41,514 bases of DNA from Craspedostauros australis (taxonomy: Eukaryota), in NCBI GenBank assembly GCA_030167865.1, contig JALAGF010000922.1:1-41514 (forward strand), written 5' to 3'. Both the position numbers and the translations under genes were made by a program. Position 1 is the stretch's first letter, and every line of letters starts with the position of its first letter. Positions 26,538-38,639 of the stretch are shown here, piece after piece. A model generated the notes under the pieces. That model searched no databases. It was not told the DNA's origin and saw nothing but the letters and a program-made list of their open reading frames with translations.

Positions 26538-29500
26538 CTACGAAAAGCTCGGTAACCACGACATGATCTTCAGCGGACGATCCTGCAACGCTTCCTCGAT
26601 GGCTTCTTGCGGAATCAGATTCTTGAGAACCTGCTTCATGAAGGCGGCGTTGAATCCGGCGAGACTTCCGTAGACGGCGTCCTTCCAGTACTTGTGCAAG
26701 AAATTGCGGTTGGTGTCAGGATTCATGCCGCGGCGGATGAACATGTAGCTGAATCCCCAGCACACGGCCGTGACAAGGGATTCGTAGACGACCGTCCACA
26801 GCTTTTGCGCCGTTGGGAATCCGAATAGGAAGATACGTTTCGTGGCTGCCGACTGACTGATCCAAAGCACGACGGATGCGATGAGGCCGGCGAAGTCGCC
26901 GTTGGAGATGCAATCGAACAGGGCGTCCTGATCGGCTGCGCAATTCTGAACCTGCTTAAAGTGCTTCTTCAATGAGGCATGCCACTCGGGTGCCCTTGCT
27001 TGGATTTCGGCGGAGATGGCGATGAGGGAAATGAAGAGGACGAAGTAATTCGCCAGCACGAAGATAACTTGGCGCTTCTCCTGTCTTGGCACGTGGCGGC
27101 GTTCGACGGTGAGAAGCTCGGTGATCTGACGCAATCTGGCCTCGATTGGGTCCTCGGGATGCAAGGATCTCATATCCACGGTCTCGGAAGCCTTCGATTT
27201 TTCGTCTTCCTCTCCTTTCACAAAGTCTTGTGCTTGCAGCTGCTGATGTTTGTTTCCATTCGCAGCATGTCCATTGTTCGCAGCATGTCCGTTGCTCGCA
27301 GCATTTCCATTCGTGTAGGCGTAGCCATTGACAATGGGGATCGCTTCACTCATTTTGTCATCATCCGTCATGACCGAATCCATACGTGCCTTCAATGGCA
27401 ATCTTGGTGCTTCGTAGGTCCCGTTCATGGATCTGACATTGATATCGCCATTTGTGTTGTTGTTGTTGCTCGCGTCATCAAGTTTGTCGTACATTCCCTT
27501 CGTCATGGCTCTGCTGGAATTGGCGTTGCCCTTGTTGGCGGATTTGATGGTCTGATCATTTGCTTTTGGGACTTGAAGGAGCTTGAGTCTGGCGCCCAAC
27601 AAGGCAAGCTGGTTGGCGCTGAGGCCCATGCTATCGAGTTCGGAATGTGTGGGATAGGGACTGGGTGCAGCCGATGGTGATTCTGGCGGACCGGATGGCA
27701 GTCTGTTGTACTGGTGGATGGGTGTGAGCTCTCCGTTGGCTTGCTTTGTTCGAAACCTCAATGTGAATGATGAACTGTCCGGAATGTACGGGTTCAGGAC
27801 AATTTCTGTTTTGGAAGTTGCAAGAGAGAGAGCGCGTGACGGTCGTTTGGATTGAGTGAGGGAGTCCTTGTGCAATTGCACAAACAAGAAAATCTGCTTT
27901 CAGCAGCAGCAACGCCCTCTTCCACGACATTACAACAACACGTACCTTCGGGCGGATCCGTCGAGTTGTCGAGGATCCGCAGATCCGCGAGCTTGGTCGT
28001 TCCACGCATTCCAAGCTTGCGAATGACGCTGTTGCGGACGTGCTCCTGCAGTTCGAGCGATGTGGTTCCCGGGTACCAGGACACGGTGATCTTGCCGCGG
28101 TCATCTCCGCGGACTTCGTCATCATTGTCGAGCACACCGATGGAGGAGGACAGACTGCCTCCGCGTGGCCGTCGGCGGAAAGAGGTGAAGAGACTGGGTC
28201 TCTTGGGTCCAATCGGCGGTTGTGACGATTCTTCGATAAGCCTGAGGTGGATCTTGGTCTTGCCGTTGCTCGCCATGCTCCTCATAACGATGTTGGATGG
28301 TGGCAGTTGTTGGTGTTGCTGTGGTTGCTGCTGTGGTTGCTGCTGTGGTTGTTGCTGCTGTGGTTGTTGCTGTTGCGACAGAGAATATTGCTGCTGCGAA
28401 TGCTGCTGAGAATATTGCTGCGACGAATGCTGGTGAAACGAATGCGGCTGCGATCGTGCGGCGGTGCTGACACTGGATTGCGATGGCCGCTGCTGAATCG
28501 GTACAACGTTGGCCGTGTGCTCCATGGGAGCCGTGGGAAGGACTGGATTCGTTGCAGACCCTTGCTGGAGCATGTCGACGGGGTGGTAGCTGTAGGGTGG
28601 CGGTGCCTGCGCCAATGGCTGTGGTGGCAGGACGGTGGTGCTGTTCGTCATGGAGTTGGATTGCTGGATGTGCGGCATAGCGGGTTCCATGCCGAGCACA
28701 AGGTCGCTGTCGAAGGAATAGGCGCGTTCCTTGTCAATGGGAGAGCCCATGAGGCTGATTGGCTGCATGTTGTGGGTCTTCTGAGCGCTCTCCCTGTGGC
28801 TCATGAAGCTGGAGCTGTTGACCGATGCCGTGAGAGGCGACGATGCAGTGTAGGTTGGAGACGATTGATCGCCCGTCATCGAGGACGCATGATTGAGGGG
28901 CGCCGACGATTGCTGCTGCAGGATGCGACTTGGTGAAGAAACCGGCTGCTGCAGTTGTGGTTGCAGATAACTTTGTGGCGGTTGCACATGTTGATCTTGC
29001 AGATGTTGTTGATGTTGCATATGTTGCAGATGGTGATGTTGCTGGGACTTGATTTGTGAATCGTCGGAGTTGACAGGAGGAATCGCGCCATCCTGCGGTT
29101 TGCCGACCAAAACGGCTCCACCGTCGCCATTCTGCGCGCGCGTCTCAAACTCCACCACGGCTGCTCCGTTTGCAATGTTGTCGGTCGCGAATATGGACGT
29201 GGGTGGGTTCAGCGTACTCCCCAGCTCTCCGTCATTGTCGATCTCGATGGTCCAGGATGAAGATTCTCGCGACAGAATGCTGGGCTTGTCTCCCTCGAAG
29301 CTAGTAGTGGTCACGGGAGATGATTGCTGCGGTGTCCTGGATTCGGACATTGCGTCGTCGTCGTCGTCGCCATGATTGCCAATTGCATCCTCATCCTCAT
29401 CGCCGTCGCCGTCACTGCTCCCAATAGAAGGCAAAGATTCTTGCACCTGCTCCATCTTGGACGCGATGGTGCAGCTTCCACCTGAAAGCTTGCGATCGCG

Positions 29501-29656
29501 TCTCCCGATGTTCGGTGATAGGCCATCTGGATCCATCAGCAACCGATCTTCGTCTCTTCTGGGCAGCAGCCCCTGCTTGGGTGTTGCCATTGTGCTCTCG
29601 TTTGTGGAATCAGCAGCGGCGCCTGATTCGCCATCGTCGCGTTCCTTGTCGTCCAT
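26538..29656 (-). CDS. Unknown membrane protein (about 990 aa) with a long Q/S/P-rich disordered N-terminus, a small central globular domain and a C-terminal multi-TM domain, 2 exons
   Basis: Exons 29656-27946 and 27805-26538. Intron 27945-27806 (GTACGT...AAACAG, phase 1) joins DPPE|EIVLNPYIP in frame. TM-like segments VIFVLANYFVLFISLIAISA, FAGLIASVVLWI, LVTAVCWGFSYMFI. Confidence 0.85.
27257..27311 (-). repeat. In-frame 18-bp tandem repeat encoding NGHAA-like units
   Basis: Three copies of cgcagcat(g/t)tcc(a/g)tt on the + strand; protein NGNAASNGHAANNGHAANG. Confidence 0.8.
28308..28436 (-). repeat. Coding poly-Q/QP low-complexity repeat
   Basis: Repeated tgctgtggt/tgttgc units and a duplicated gagaatattgctgc..cgaatgctg unit; protein HSSQQYSQQHSQQQYSLSQQQQPQQQQPQQQPQQQPQQ. 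Confidence 0.8.
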
Positions 29657-30140
29657 GGTTGCGATGCGTCCATCGAACAAACAAACAACAGCGGGCAAGA
29701 CAAGTCTGTCTGTCGTGATTGTGTGGTGATGTTGTTCTGTTTGCGCAAGGTAATACTGTGCAGTACCTACTCGTAGTAGTACGACACACACTCCACCTTT
29801 GCACAACGCGCAATGCCTTTCTCGAACAACTGGTCCTCGCGAGATCCCGGAGTTCAAGGAGAAACGTGGAACATTTTTTTCGCCCCTGTCTCCCAATCAC
29901 TTCCAGTTGTCAGATCTGTTTGCATGCATGACTAGAACGAGACAATTATAATTTAGACCTCTTGCTATCTTCGGAATTGAACGCAAATGAGAACAATCGT
30001 GAAACCGAAGCGAGTGCGAAATGAGAACTTGTCGTTGTCGATCCGTTGTCACAATTTGGGGATGACGGATTGGCGACATCGAATCTGCTGGTATCCGTTG
30101 TGAATCGGACCCGTGTGATCGTCACGCGGGTTTGGTCGAT

Positions 30141-30157
30141 TGGATCGTGCTGATGCT
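30141..30157 (+). repeat. Left target-site duplication of the LINE (TGGATCGTGCTGATGCT)
   Basis: Identical 17-mer at 38640-38656. Confidence 0.93.
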
Positions 30158-30232
30158 CATAGTTTCGGGATTCCGACAAACTCAACAGCAAGCAAATAAC
30201 CACTAAATCAGTACCAAAAATCAAAAACAAAC

Positions 30233-32859
30233 ATGAACATCACCACGATGACAGGCAACGAACCAACCATGGCGGAACTCGAAAAAGGGCCCTCCTCGCA
30301 ACCAAACAACAGCGATACGGAGCTGCCTCCACCAAGCACAACCCACGGCAGTGAATCACCACATCGTAGCAGTGTAGCAGCCAAAAGAGCGGAGCCCCCT
30401 GAGCCAGAAACCATTGCAAAAGACCCGGAGGAGTACAGCATCGAGTACAAGCCACAAACGAGCCCATGGAAAACCACCGAGAGAAAGTACGGCAATGACA
30501 TCAAGCCATTCCAGGCAGCCACTGGCAAGCATTCCATGGATTACATGGCAGGGCAGGTGTGGAGCGCGAGAGCTAAGTGGTATGGTAAGGACAAAACGGA
30601 GGCCTCAGCAGCCAACCCCATAGCCAAGGACTGGGAGATGTTTTTCCGCAGAGTTCTCAACGGCTGCCACACTCAGTATGGTCCCATGTCGCTGCCAACA
30701 GATGACCCATGGCACAGGCGAGTATGCATGGCTGTCATGAGGATGGCATTGACTGACCTGCGGAAGGTGTTCACAGTCAGTTCCAGCAGAGGCATCAGTT
30801 CCAGGAACCGTCCAGCAAGAGCATGGGAAGTGGCAAGACGCGTGCTGGGCACCAACTATGACATTGGAACCACCCCGGACATCGCAACCCTGAACGGAGA
30901 GCACGTCCCAGAACCAATGGACACCTTGCCACAGGCAAAGGAAGGGCAGCCACCAGCGGCCAGCGACGACCACCAGCCATCACCCCAGCAAGACCAACCT
31001 GCAAAACGCACAAAAACGTTGCAATCACCCTGATCACAGCAGCGCATCTCAGGTTCCAACACCAACAGGTTTGCAGCACTGCAAGACGAGGATCCAGAGA
31101 CCCATCCGGATACGGAGGAGGGACTTGCAAAGAGAGCCAGCAGGAACACAGAGCCAGGACAGCCAACAGCCACACCTGCCCCATGCGAGGCCCCAGCAAA
31201 AGCCTGCTGGCCTGCATTGGCGCACACAAGGCCAGGGGTCACATTCAGCCAAGTTGCCCAAGAGGTGGAAGCTGATGAGCAATCTTTGGAGTCCAACACC
31301 AGCCAGATCCTGATTGGGCTGCCAAGCTTGAACCACACCACAAGGCACATGTTCAAAATCAAGGCCAACCAGACAGAGCCAGACACCACCAAAGCCCTCT
31401 GAGACAGGATTGTGTCGTGGTTCTGCCAAGTCCAGATAATGGATCCATCTGCAGTGATTCTCCCCTGGAAAGACTCTCTTGAGGAGAATGGGTACATCCA
31501 GCAAGTGGGCCAATCCCAACGGATCTCAAGGAGCTGCGCACGTTCTTCAAGGGACTCCGGGTTTCTACCATGGATAGTGGGCTTACCTACACCAACATCA
31601 GGATCACCACTGGCATGCAACCTACCAACATCTCAGCAGAATAGGACGTGGAAATGAACCTGTACTATTACAAGAACCAGGAAGGACTGTACATCAACAT
31701 GCTCCAAGTGGAGACCACAAAGGAGATTGGGTTCTTGCTCTACTCCAGGGGCTTCAATGACGTCAAAGGCACCATGGAGCTCCTCAACAGGGAGTTCCGC
31801 CAATGCCACAAGAACACCAGAGTGGGGGGCAAGCTCAAGAATCTGGTAGTTGTCTGCAACAAGACCAAGGAGGCTTACAAGAACAGCGGCAAACACTGGA
31901 CAATGCAACTGTGGTGTGCAATCAAGGTGGAGACTGAGAGATCTCAAGCTCCAGTGGCGGTCAAGAGGCTGTGTGCCTTGCTAAACAAAGATAAGCACCA
32001 GCCAGCAGGCCTGCGACTCCAGTTCCTGCCAGAGGCACGCTACAAGCAAATGACGGAGAAAAAGCAACGCCACAGGGCCATGCTGGTCCAGAAGCACCAA
32101 GCTGTCGTTACCAGTCTCAAGTATGTCAACACAGCAGGTGTAACCAAGCTGGATGAACCAATCCATGGCACAAACTGCAAGCACATCACACTTCGATCTC
32201 ATCTCATGGGCATGAAGGACAGTGCAGGGCGGCCACTGTTCCAAACCCTGGACATGGCTCAAGCGCACGACGACCAGCTGATTGCCCATGTGTTGGAAGA
32301 GAACATGGCCCAGGCATCCGCAGTCATGAGTCTCCTACCTGCCATCGCGAGAATCCAGCTGGGTTCTAAGGCGGAGAAGTGGTTCGGAGTTGACGCATGG
32401 CATGCGAACCTCAATGTCACATACAACCCAGAAACTGAGGAGTACAATGCACCAGACAACAGTAACCTTGAGCATCTACTCGAGGAAGAGTTCCCAGCCA
32501 GTGTTGTAATCACCAACCTTCCCAAGGAGCTACTTACTTTCGATACTCACAGGCCCACAGCGCTGGACTACCGCAGCTTGTTCGGCAACGGCACTACCAT
32601 CGGGTCCCACATGACCATGAATTCAGCAGTGACAGGGGTCCCAGGCGCCATGGACACAGCCTCCATTGAAACCTCAGAATCGGAAAGACGGCGCAAGTCC
32701 ATCAGGGAGGCGGCACGAGAGCAGGAGCGCCAGCGAAAGGAGTCACTCAACGAAGCTCGTCGAGAGATACAGCGGGCAGAGATCGACAAATTGAGGGCGG
32801 AGCTCAAGGCGCGATCGTGCAACGCGGACCCCAGGGCTGGGGCGCCTCCACCATGTTAG
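30233..32859 (+). pseudogene. LINE ORF1 (about 875 codons), disrupted
   Basis: ORF pieces 30233-31033, 31217-31402, 31412- and 31648-32859 join through stops at 31031, 31400 and 31642 and one frameshift near 31512. Contains NRFAAL, DPSAVILPW, LQVETTKEIGFLLYS and a C-terminal coiled coil (ERRRKSIREAAREQERQRKE). Confidence 0.8.
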
Positions 32860-35800
32860 CAAGCCTTGCAAACTGCTCAGAGTCCGAGCAGCAGAGCGAA
32901 AGGCAAGACACATCAGGTCGGCCAGGCACGGAAGAGGTGGCCGGCCAATTCACGCCGGTTGGAGGCAATACTAAGCACATCCCATCGGAACACATTCGGA
33001 TAGCAGCCCTCAATCTTGGAGGGCTTCCCCTTGACGAGACAGATCCCAAATACATTGACCTCTGGGAGACAGTCCGAAGCCACAGGGTGGACGTCATGCT
33101 CATGACGGAAGTTGGAGTCAACTGGAGCAAGGTACCCAGGCACAAGCGGCTGCACGAACTGGTGCAGCGAAACATCCCTCAGTCGCGAACGGTCATGTCG
33201 CACAATGCTGCATCAATGCTTCGAGTACGCCAATGGGGCGGGATGGCCATCATGATCGTCGGCAACACCAGAGGAAGGATTCTGACCAGTACAGGCGACA
33301 AGCACCGCTGGGGCAGATGGGTCAGCGTCCTGCTGCAAGGTAAAGGCGCTATCAAAATCCGGATTGTATCCACCTATGTGGCCAACAAGTCCACGAAGAC
33401 GCCGGGGACGGTCTACAACCAGCTGGCCGCCAACGCGTCCGCTGAAGGTCTGGACGGTGATCCCATCGGCCTCCACATACAGGAGCTACAGCAGCAGCTC
33501 CATCTGTGGCGACAAGCCGGCGAAACCATCATACTGGGAGGGGATATCAACATGGATGTCCGGGGCTCTCGCATGGCTCTCATGCTGGCCGGCGAAGGCC
33601 TGACTGAAGAGTTCTCCACCAGCCATCCACAGCGAGTGGCCACGCAAATCCAGAACTAAGCAGGAGTTCAGATCGACGGGGTATGGTCCACGGGTGATGC
33701 CACTGCCACCTAGTCCGGAGTCACGGCATTTGGCAGGTGGGATCACCGAATGGTGTGGGCCGACTACTCGTCCAGGCAGCTGCTAGGCCAAGGGAGGGCG
33801 CCCACTCAGCCATTTCGAGGCCGAAGGTTGCAGCTACAGAGCCCCGCCACTGTCAGCAGATACCTGAAGCAGTATTCAAGGTCGGTGCACAAATACAGAC
33901 TGCTTGAAAGAGCGACTGCGCTGGAGGCAGCTGTGACGGTGGCCACACTCACCTAGGCGCAGATGGCTGAGCTGGAGAGCATCGATCGTGACCGCACCAA
34001 GGCAATATTACAGGCAGAGCAAGTGTGCCGGAGGGTACGCATGGGTGAAGTGCCGTACTCACCGTTGGTGGCGCGCATTCAAACAGAGCACCAGTTCTGG
34101 ACGGAGTCAATCCGGCGCAGAACAGGACACATAGTCAAAGGGACCACCATTGACCGGCTCAAAAAGAAGGCGCATCTGCAGCATATATGCACAAAGGACA
34201 TGAGTCTGGCGTCCATGCGAGCAAGGCGCAACAAGGTGTGGAGGAAGCTCAAAGAAGAGAAGAAGCAAGCTGCCCAACACCAATCAGACTTCCTGAGGTC
34301 CAACAAGGACTTCGCCCAGCGGAGCGGCGATGACCCTGCGAGATACAGGCAGCAAATCGCCGACAGGGAGGAGACAAGAGCGACATTCCGGCGCATGAAA
34401 AGCGCGTTAGCCAGAACGACGCTAGACTCGCAGGTCAGCATGGTGGTCAATGACGGGCCTGGTGGCCAGGGCGAGATCCTCACGGACGTCGAAGAGGTGG
34501 CCAAGGCGTGCTGTGCGACCAATATAGCCAAGTACCAGCAGGCATGGTCCTCGGAGCTGTGCGATCCCGCCATGCGCCACCGGCTGGGTAAGTTCGGCAC
34601 CAACACTGCGGCCGATGCGATCATCCACGGTCTGGTTCCAGCCCAAGTCAGGCCGGGCACGGCTGAACTGCTACAAGCTCTGTGCCAATCGCCACAAGCT
34701 ACGCCCTGGACAGAGAGCGACAGGGTTATCACCACGGAGGAGCACGTAGAGGGGTGAGGAAAGATCAAGGAACGCACGTCATCAGGGCCCTCAGGCCTCC
34801 ACTTCGGGTGCTGGAAGGCAAACGCCAAGGTGCCCATCTGGCGACCATCAACGCTATCCTGCGGTCGATACCGTACCACACCGGCTACAGCCTAAAACAC
34901 TGGCGCCAGTGCACCGATGTGCAGCTTCGCAAGCAGCCCGGAAACCTGGCAGTCACCAAGACCCGAACTATCGGGCTAATGGAAGGCAATTTCAACATGA
35001 ACACCCAACAGCTTGGTTGGAAGGCGCGACAGCACAGGGAGACCAACGGTACCATCGCTGAAGACCAGTACGGAAGTTGTCAGCAGCACACAGCACCAGA
35101 GGTCCTCGCCAATGTGTGTCTGACTGATGATGTCATGCGGATCTCGGGCAGTGAGGCTGCGGTATGCTCCAATGATGCGAAAGGCTGCTACGACCGGATA
35201 GCCCATCCGGTGTTCGGGATGGCCATGCGGCGACAGGGGGTCCCCAACCAACCCATCGACAGCGTGCTGCACACAATTCAAGGCATGGTCCACCGCATCA
35301 GCATGGGAGCCGGAGTATCCATGTCCAGCTACTCAGGAGAAGGCCTGCAGCAACCCATCCAAGGCCTGGTGCAAGGTATGGGAGCTGCGCCAACAGGATG
35401 GCTGGTGATCAGCTCGGCCCTCATCGACCGCATGCGTGCAATGGGGTATGGGTTCCGCTACAGGGAGCATGGCCAGCACACTGTCGTCTGCTTTGCGTAT
35501 GTGGATGATACCAACCTCGTGCACTCCCTTCATACAAGCAACACTCAGGCACAGACAAGGAAGTTTCAACAGGTGGTGTCTGCGTGGGAGGGCATGCTCA
35601 CAGCGTCAGGCGGATGCCTCGCACTGGAAAAGAGCTTTTGGCAATTGGTCAAGTTCAAGTGGGGCAACAGCAGGTGGCAGTATGACAAGAAGGCGCAACC
35701 GCAAGATATTTGCATGCGCCGAGAAGATGGGACACGCCAAGTCCTGAGGCATGTGCCCGTCAACGTGGCCAATAAGTACCTTGGCATGATGTCACGCCGT

Positions 35801-38457
35801 GACGGCGGCCAGAGCGACCATGCAGCATACTTGCAAGCCAAAGCGGAAGGCTGGGCCAGCCACATACAGTCGGCGAGAATTACCTGACAGGACACGGAGA
35901 TTGCCCTCAAGTCGGTGCTGTGGCCTGCATTGGAGTACTCCCTGGCCGCCACCACGTTAACGCGCGGCCAGTGCGAGAGCATCATGCGCCCAGCCCTGAT
36001 GACGGCTCTCCCGCACATGGGCATTGTCCGGACCATGGCGAGGCCGTATGTCCACGGACCTCGGCACCTGAACGGTCTAGCTGTGCCTCATCTGTACACC
36101 ACACAGTGCAAGGTGCACCTGGCGCTGATCTGGCGGCACTTTGAGTCCCCCACGACGACTGGCAGGCTTCTGCGGGCATCACTCCTCCAGCTCCAGCTTT
36201 GGTCTGGCGTTCCAGTGCGACTACAGCAGCAGTATTCACGGTGGCGACGGTGGACGCACCAAACCTGGTGGACGAGCACCTTTGACATGACCCGGCAGCT
36301 GGGGATGACAATGCACCAGATAGCGCCAAACCTATCCCTGCCGCGTGATGGTGACGCTCCCATCATGGAGTTGTTCGTGGCAGCATCGAACAATAACACC
36401 GAGCTCCGCAAGGCCAACGCGGTGCGAATATACCTCCGTGCCCTCTGGGTGTCGGACATATGCAATGCAGCAGGCACGGACATCCACCCCAGCGTCCAGC
36501 AGCGGCGAGAAGTGAGCCGGCTGAGCGACGGCCTCAACTGGCCCCGGGTGGCCAAGCCTTCCAGGCATTCATGGGAGTCATGGGACCGCCTCCTCATTTC
36601 GCTGCTGGCGGCAGACCGACCAGGAATGCAGCTGGCAAGGCCTCTGGGGCTGTGGCACGACCTGCGCCGGTTCAAGGCGAGGCAAGATCCGCATGGCCGC
36701 CTGCAGCTCCGAGGGCAAGGACAACCGGTGGCGAGAGAGCCCAACGTGGAGTACCGCTGCCGCAAGTATCGGCGACCCGCAGGAGCAGATGTGAGCATGC
36801 ACCGAGGGTCCTTGATCGTCCACTCGCTGGGCAAGGCCGCCCTGCAGCCCCAAGCAGTGACGCTGCGAGAACACATCCTGAAACTTGGCAGGCTCGCCAA
36901 CGCTATGCTGCAACATGTACGCATCACAGGCTCCAGCCGAGTGCTTGCGGCAGCCATAGCAAGTGGCAAGCGTGTGGCGTGCTGTGATGCGTCAGCCAAA
37001 AACCAGCGAGGCGCCGCAGCGGCAGTCATCCAAGACGATCTTCTCGATCCTCAAGCCGGCATCATCATCCGCTCCGGAGTTCCGGCGGGGTCCCACGTCA
37101 TGAATTCCAACTGTGCCGAGACAGCGGGAGTGCTGGCCACCATGCAATTTCTGCTGGCATTTGCAGGGTGGTCCCAAGTTACCGGCTCCGTTACCATTGC
37201 ATGTGACAATATGCAGGCCATCCGCTCAGGTGCCCCAGCACAACTTCTGGCGCCCGAGGATCACGACGACGACCTACGCCAAGAGATACAACGCATGCTA
37301 CGGCGTGCAGACGTCAGGTTCACAGTCCAACATGTTAAGGGCCATGCGGATGCCAGGTCAGGCCACGAGCTGTCCCCTTGGGAGGTGCAAATGTGGTGGC
37401 CGACCACGAGGCAGGAGAGCATTGGCAGGACGTTGATCTGTCCGGCGCGTGGGAAGCTGTCGCAGGGACTCCAGTGTTGAAGGGGTGGGTGGTCGAGACG
37501 CCTGCAGGGTTCTTGTCGGACACCAGCTACATGGCGGTGGCACAGACGTCTGCGGAAGCCGACCTGCAGCGCAAGTGGCACCAACGTTGGGGGACGGCCG
37601 AGAGGTATCAGGTCGACTGGGCGCCGATGCACAAGGCATCCACCAGATGGAAAGGAGGCAAGAGGCGGGCACTGCTCAAGCTCGCGTCGGGCAACGCCGC
37701 CTCCGGCTGCAACATGTGCCGTCGCCTGCTGACGAATGATGGCGCCTGCCCCCGGTGCGGAAGACCGGAGGACAATCTCCATGTGGTTCAGTGCAAGAGT
37801 CCCGCTAGCCAAGCCATATGGGATGTGAGCATCCAGCGAATATAGGCCATCATTCAGCCCCCCAGGGTCCGCCGGGATGCGGCCCAGCTGCTGGTCAAGG
37901 CCTTGCGAGTCTTGAAGCAAGGAGGCTCCCCGCCACAAGGAATCTGACGCACATCCACGTACGACATAGAGCGAGCCCAGCACGGCGTGGGTTGGGATGG
38001 ACTCATCTGGGGTGCGTGGTCTGTTGCGTGGGCCGTTCACAGCCCTAGCCCTCCGCCTGTCTCCCGCCAGCGAAAACAGACTGACTGGCAGACGGAGGTC
38101 ACCCACGAGCTGTGGCACATGGTGTTGCAGCAATGGGCAGACCGGAACCGTACTCTGCACGAGGAGGAGCGGCAAGACTCCATGTCTCAGCGCCTGCACT
38201 CTTACTTCCAGGCGCTCCTGGAGCTGCCCTTGCCATCATTTCCTCCGCACCTCCGCCAGCTCGCCAAGCAAACCCCGGCAACTGCGCCTAGGAAAGCAGA
38301 GTGGTTGCTCACCATGCTGCACGCCATGCCCCATGTCGCGGCCACAGTTCCCGCAGCTCAAACCGCATGGATGCGGAGACTGGTCTCGCAACCAGAGCGA
38401 CGCGAGCCCGCTGATGGAGGTCTGCCCGTCCCTTCCGCTCCTTCCGTTGACAACTGA
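32853..38457 (+). pseudogene. LINE ORF2 polyprotein (APE endonuclease, reverse transcriptase, RNase H, CCHC finger), disrupted
   Basis: APE (IAALNLGG, LMTEVGVNW, GRWVSV, ILGGDINMD, IDGVW, WDHRMVWAD); RT (TSSGPSGLHFG, SNDAKGCYDRIAH, GLVQGMGAAPTGW, FAYVDDT, KYLG); RNase H (ACCDAS, AETAGVL, IACDN, HVKGHAD, NVVADHEA); CPRC...HVVQC. Stops at 33657, 33711, 33954, 34755, 35885, 37843, 37945; frameshifts near 34834 and 37390. Confidence 0.92.
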
Positions 38458-38567
38458 CGTCGCGCCGGCTTGCTGTGACCGCGCAGCTCCAGCCAGGCCC
38501 AGCCTTGACGGTCACTACTACCGACTGCACTTCCACATTCTCCGTTCCCGCTGTATGATGCATGCAG

Positions 38568-38573
38568 AATAAA
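38568..38573 (+). promoter_or_regulatory. Putative polyadenylation signal of the LINE
   Basis: AATAAA about 110 bp after the ORF2 stop and 66 bp before the element end. Confidence 0.45.
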
Positions 38574-38639
38574 CGAGGCGGCAAGAAAGCGCCTTCGGTG
38601 CATAGTTAAATACACTATAATCATTGTGGTACAACAACA

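Larger units (their letters stand above)
30158..38639 (+). mobile_element. Full-length non-LTR retrotransposon (Ambal-like LINE), 8482 bp, inactivated
   Basis: Bounded by a perfect 17-bp TSD. 75-bp 5' UTR, ORF1 and ORF2 (APE, RT, RNase H, CCHC), 3' UTR with AATAAA at 38568-38573 and an (ACA)3 tail at 38631-38639. Confidence 0.92.

Noticed and set aside
29657..29896. Upstream extension of the 700-aa ORF from a non-ATG start
   Set aside because: Composition looks like promoter/5' UTR; the first ATG at 29656 is the more plausible start.
31031..37947. Argument that every premature stop is one transition away from a sense codon
   Set aside because: True of any stop codon, so it is not evidence of hypermutation on its own. 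Only the CpG counts and motif substitutions were used.
34079..38199. Long antisense ORFs over the LINE (34079-34879, 36088-37029, 37261-38199)
   Set aside because: Shadows of GC-rich coding sequence with no recognisable motifs.
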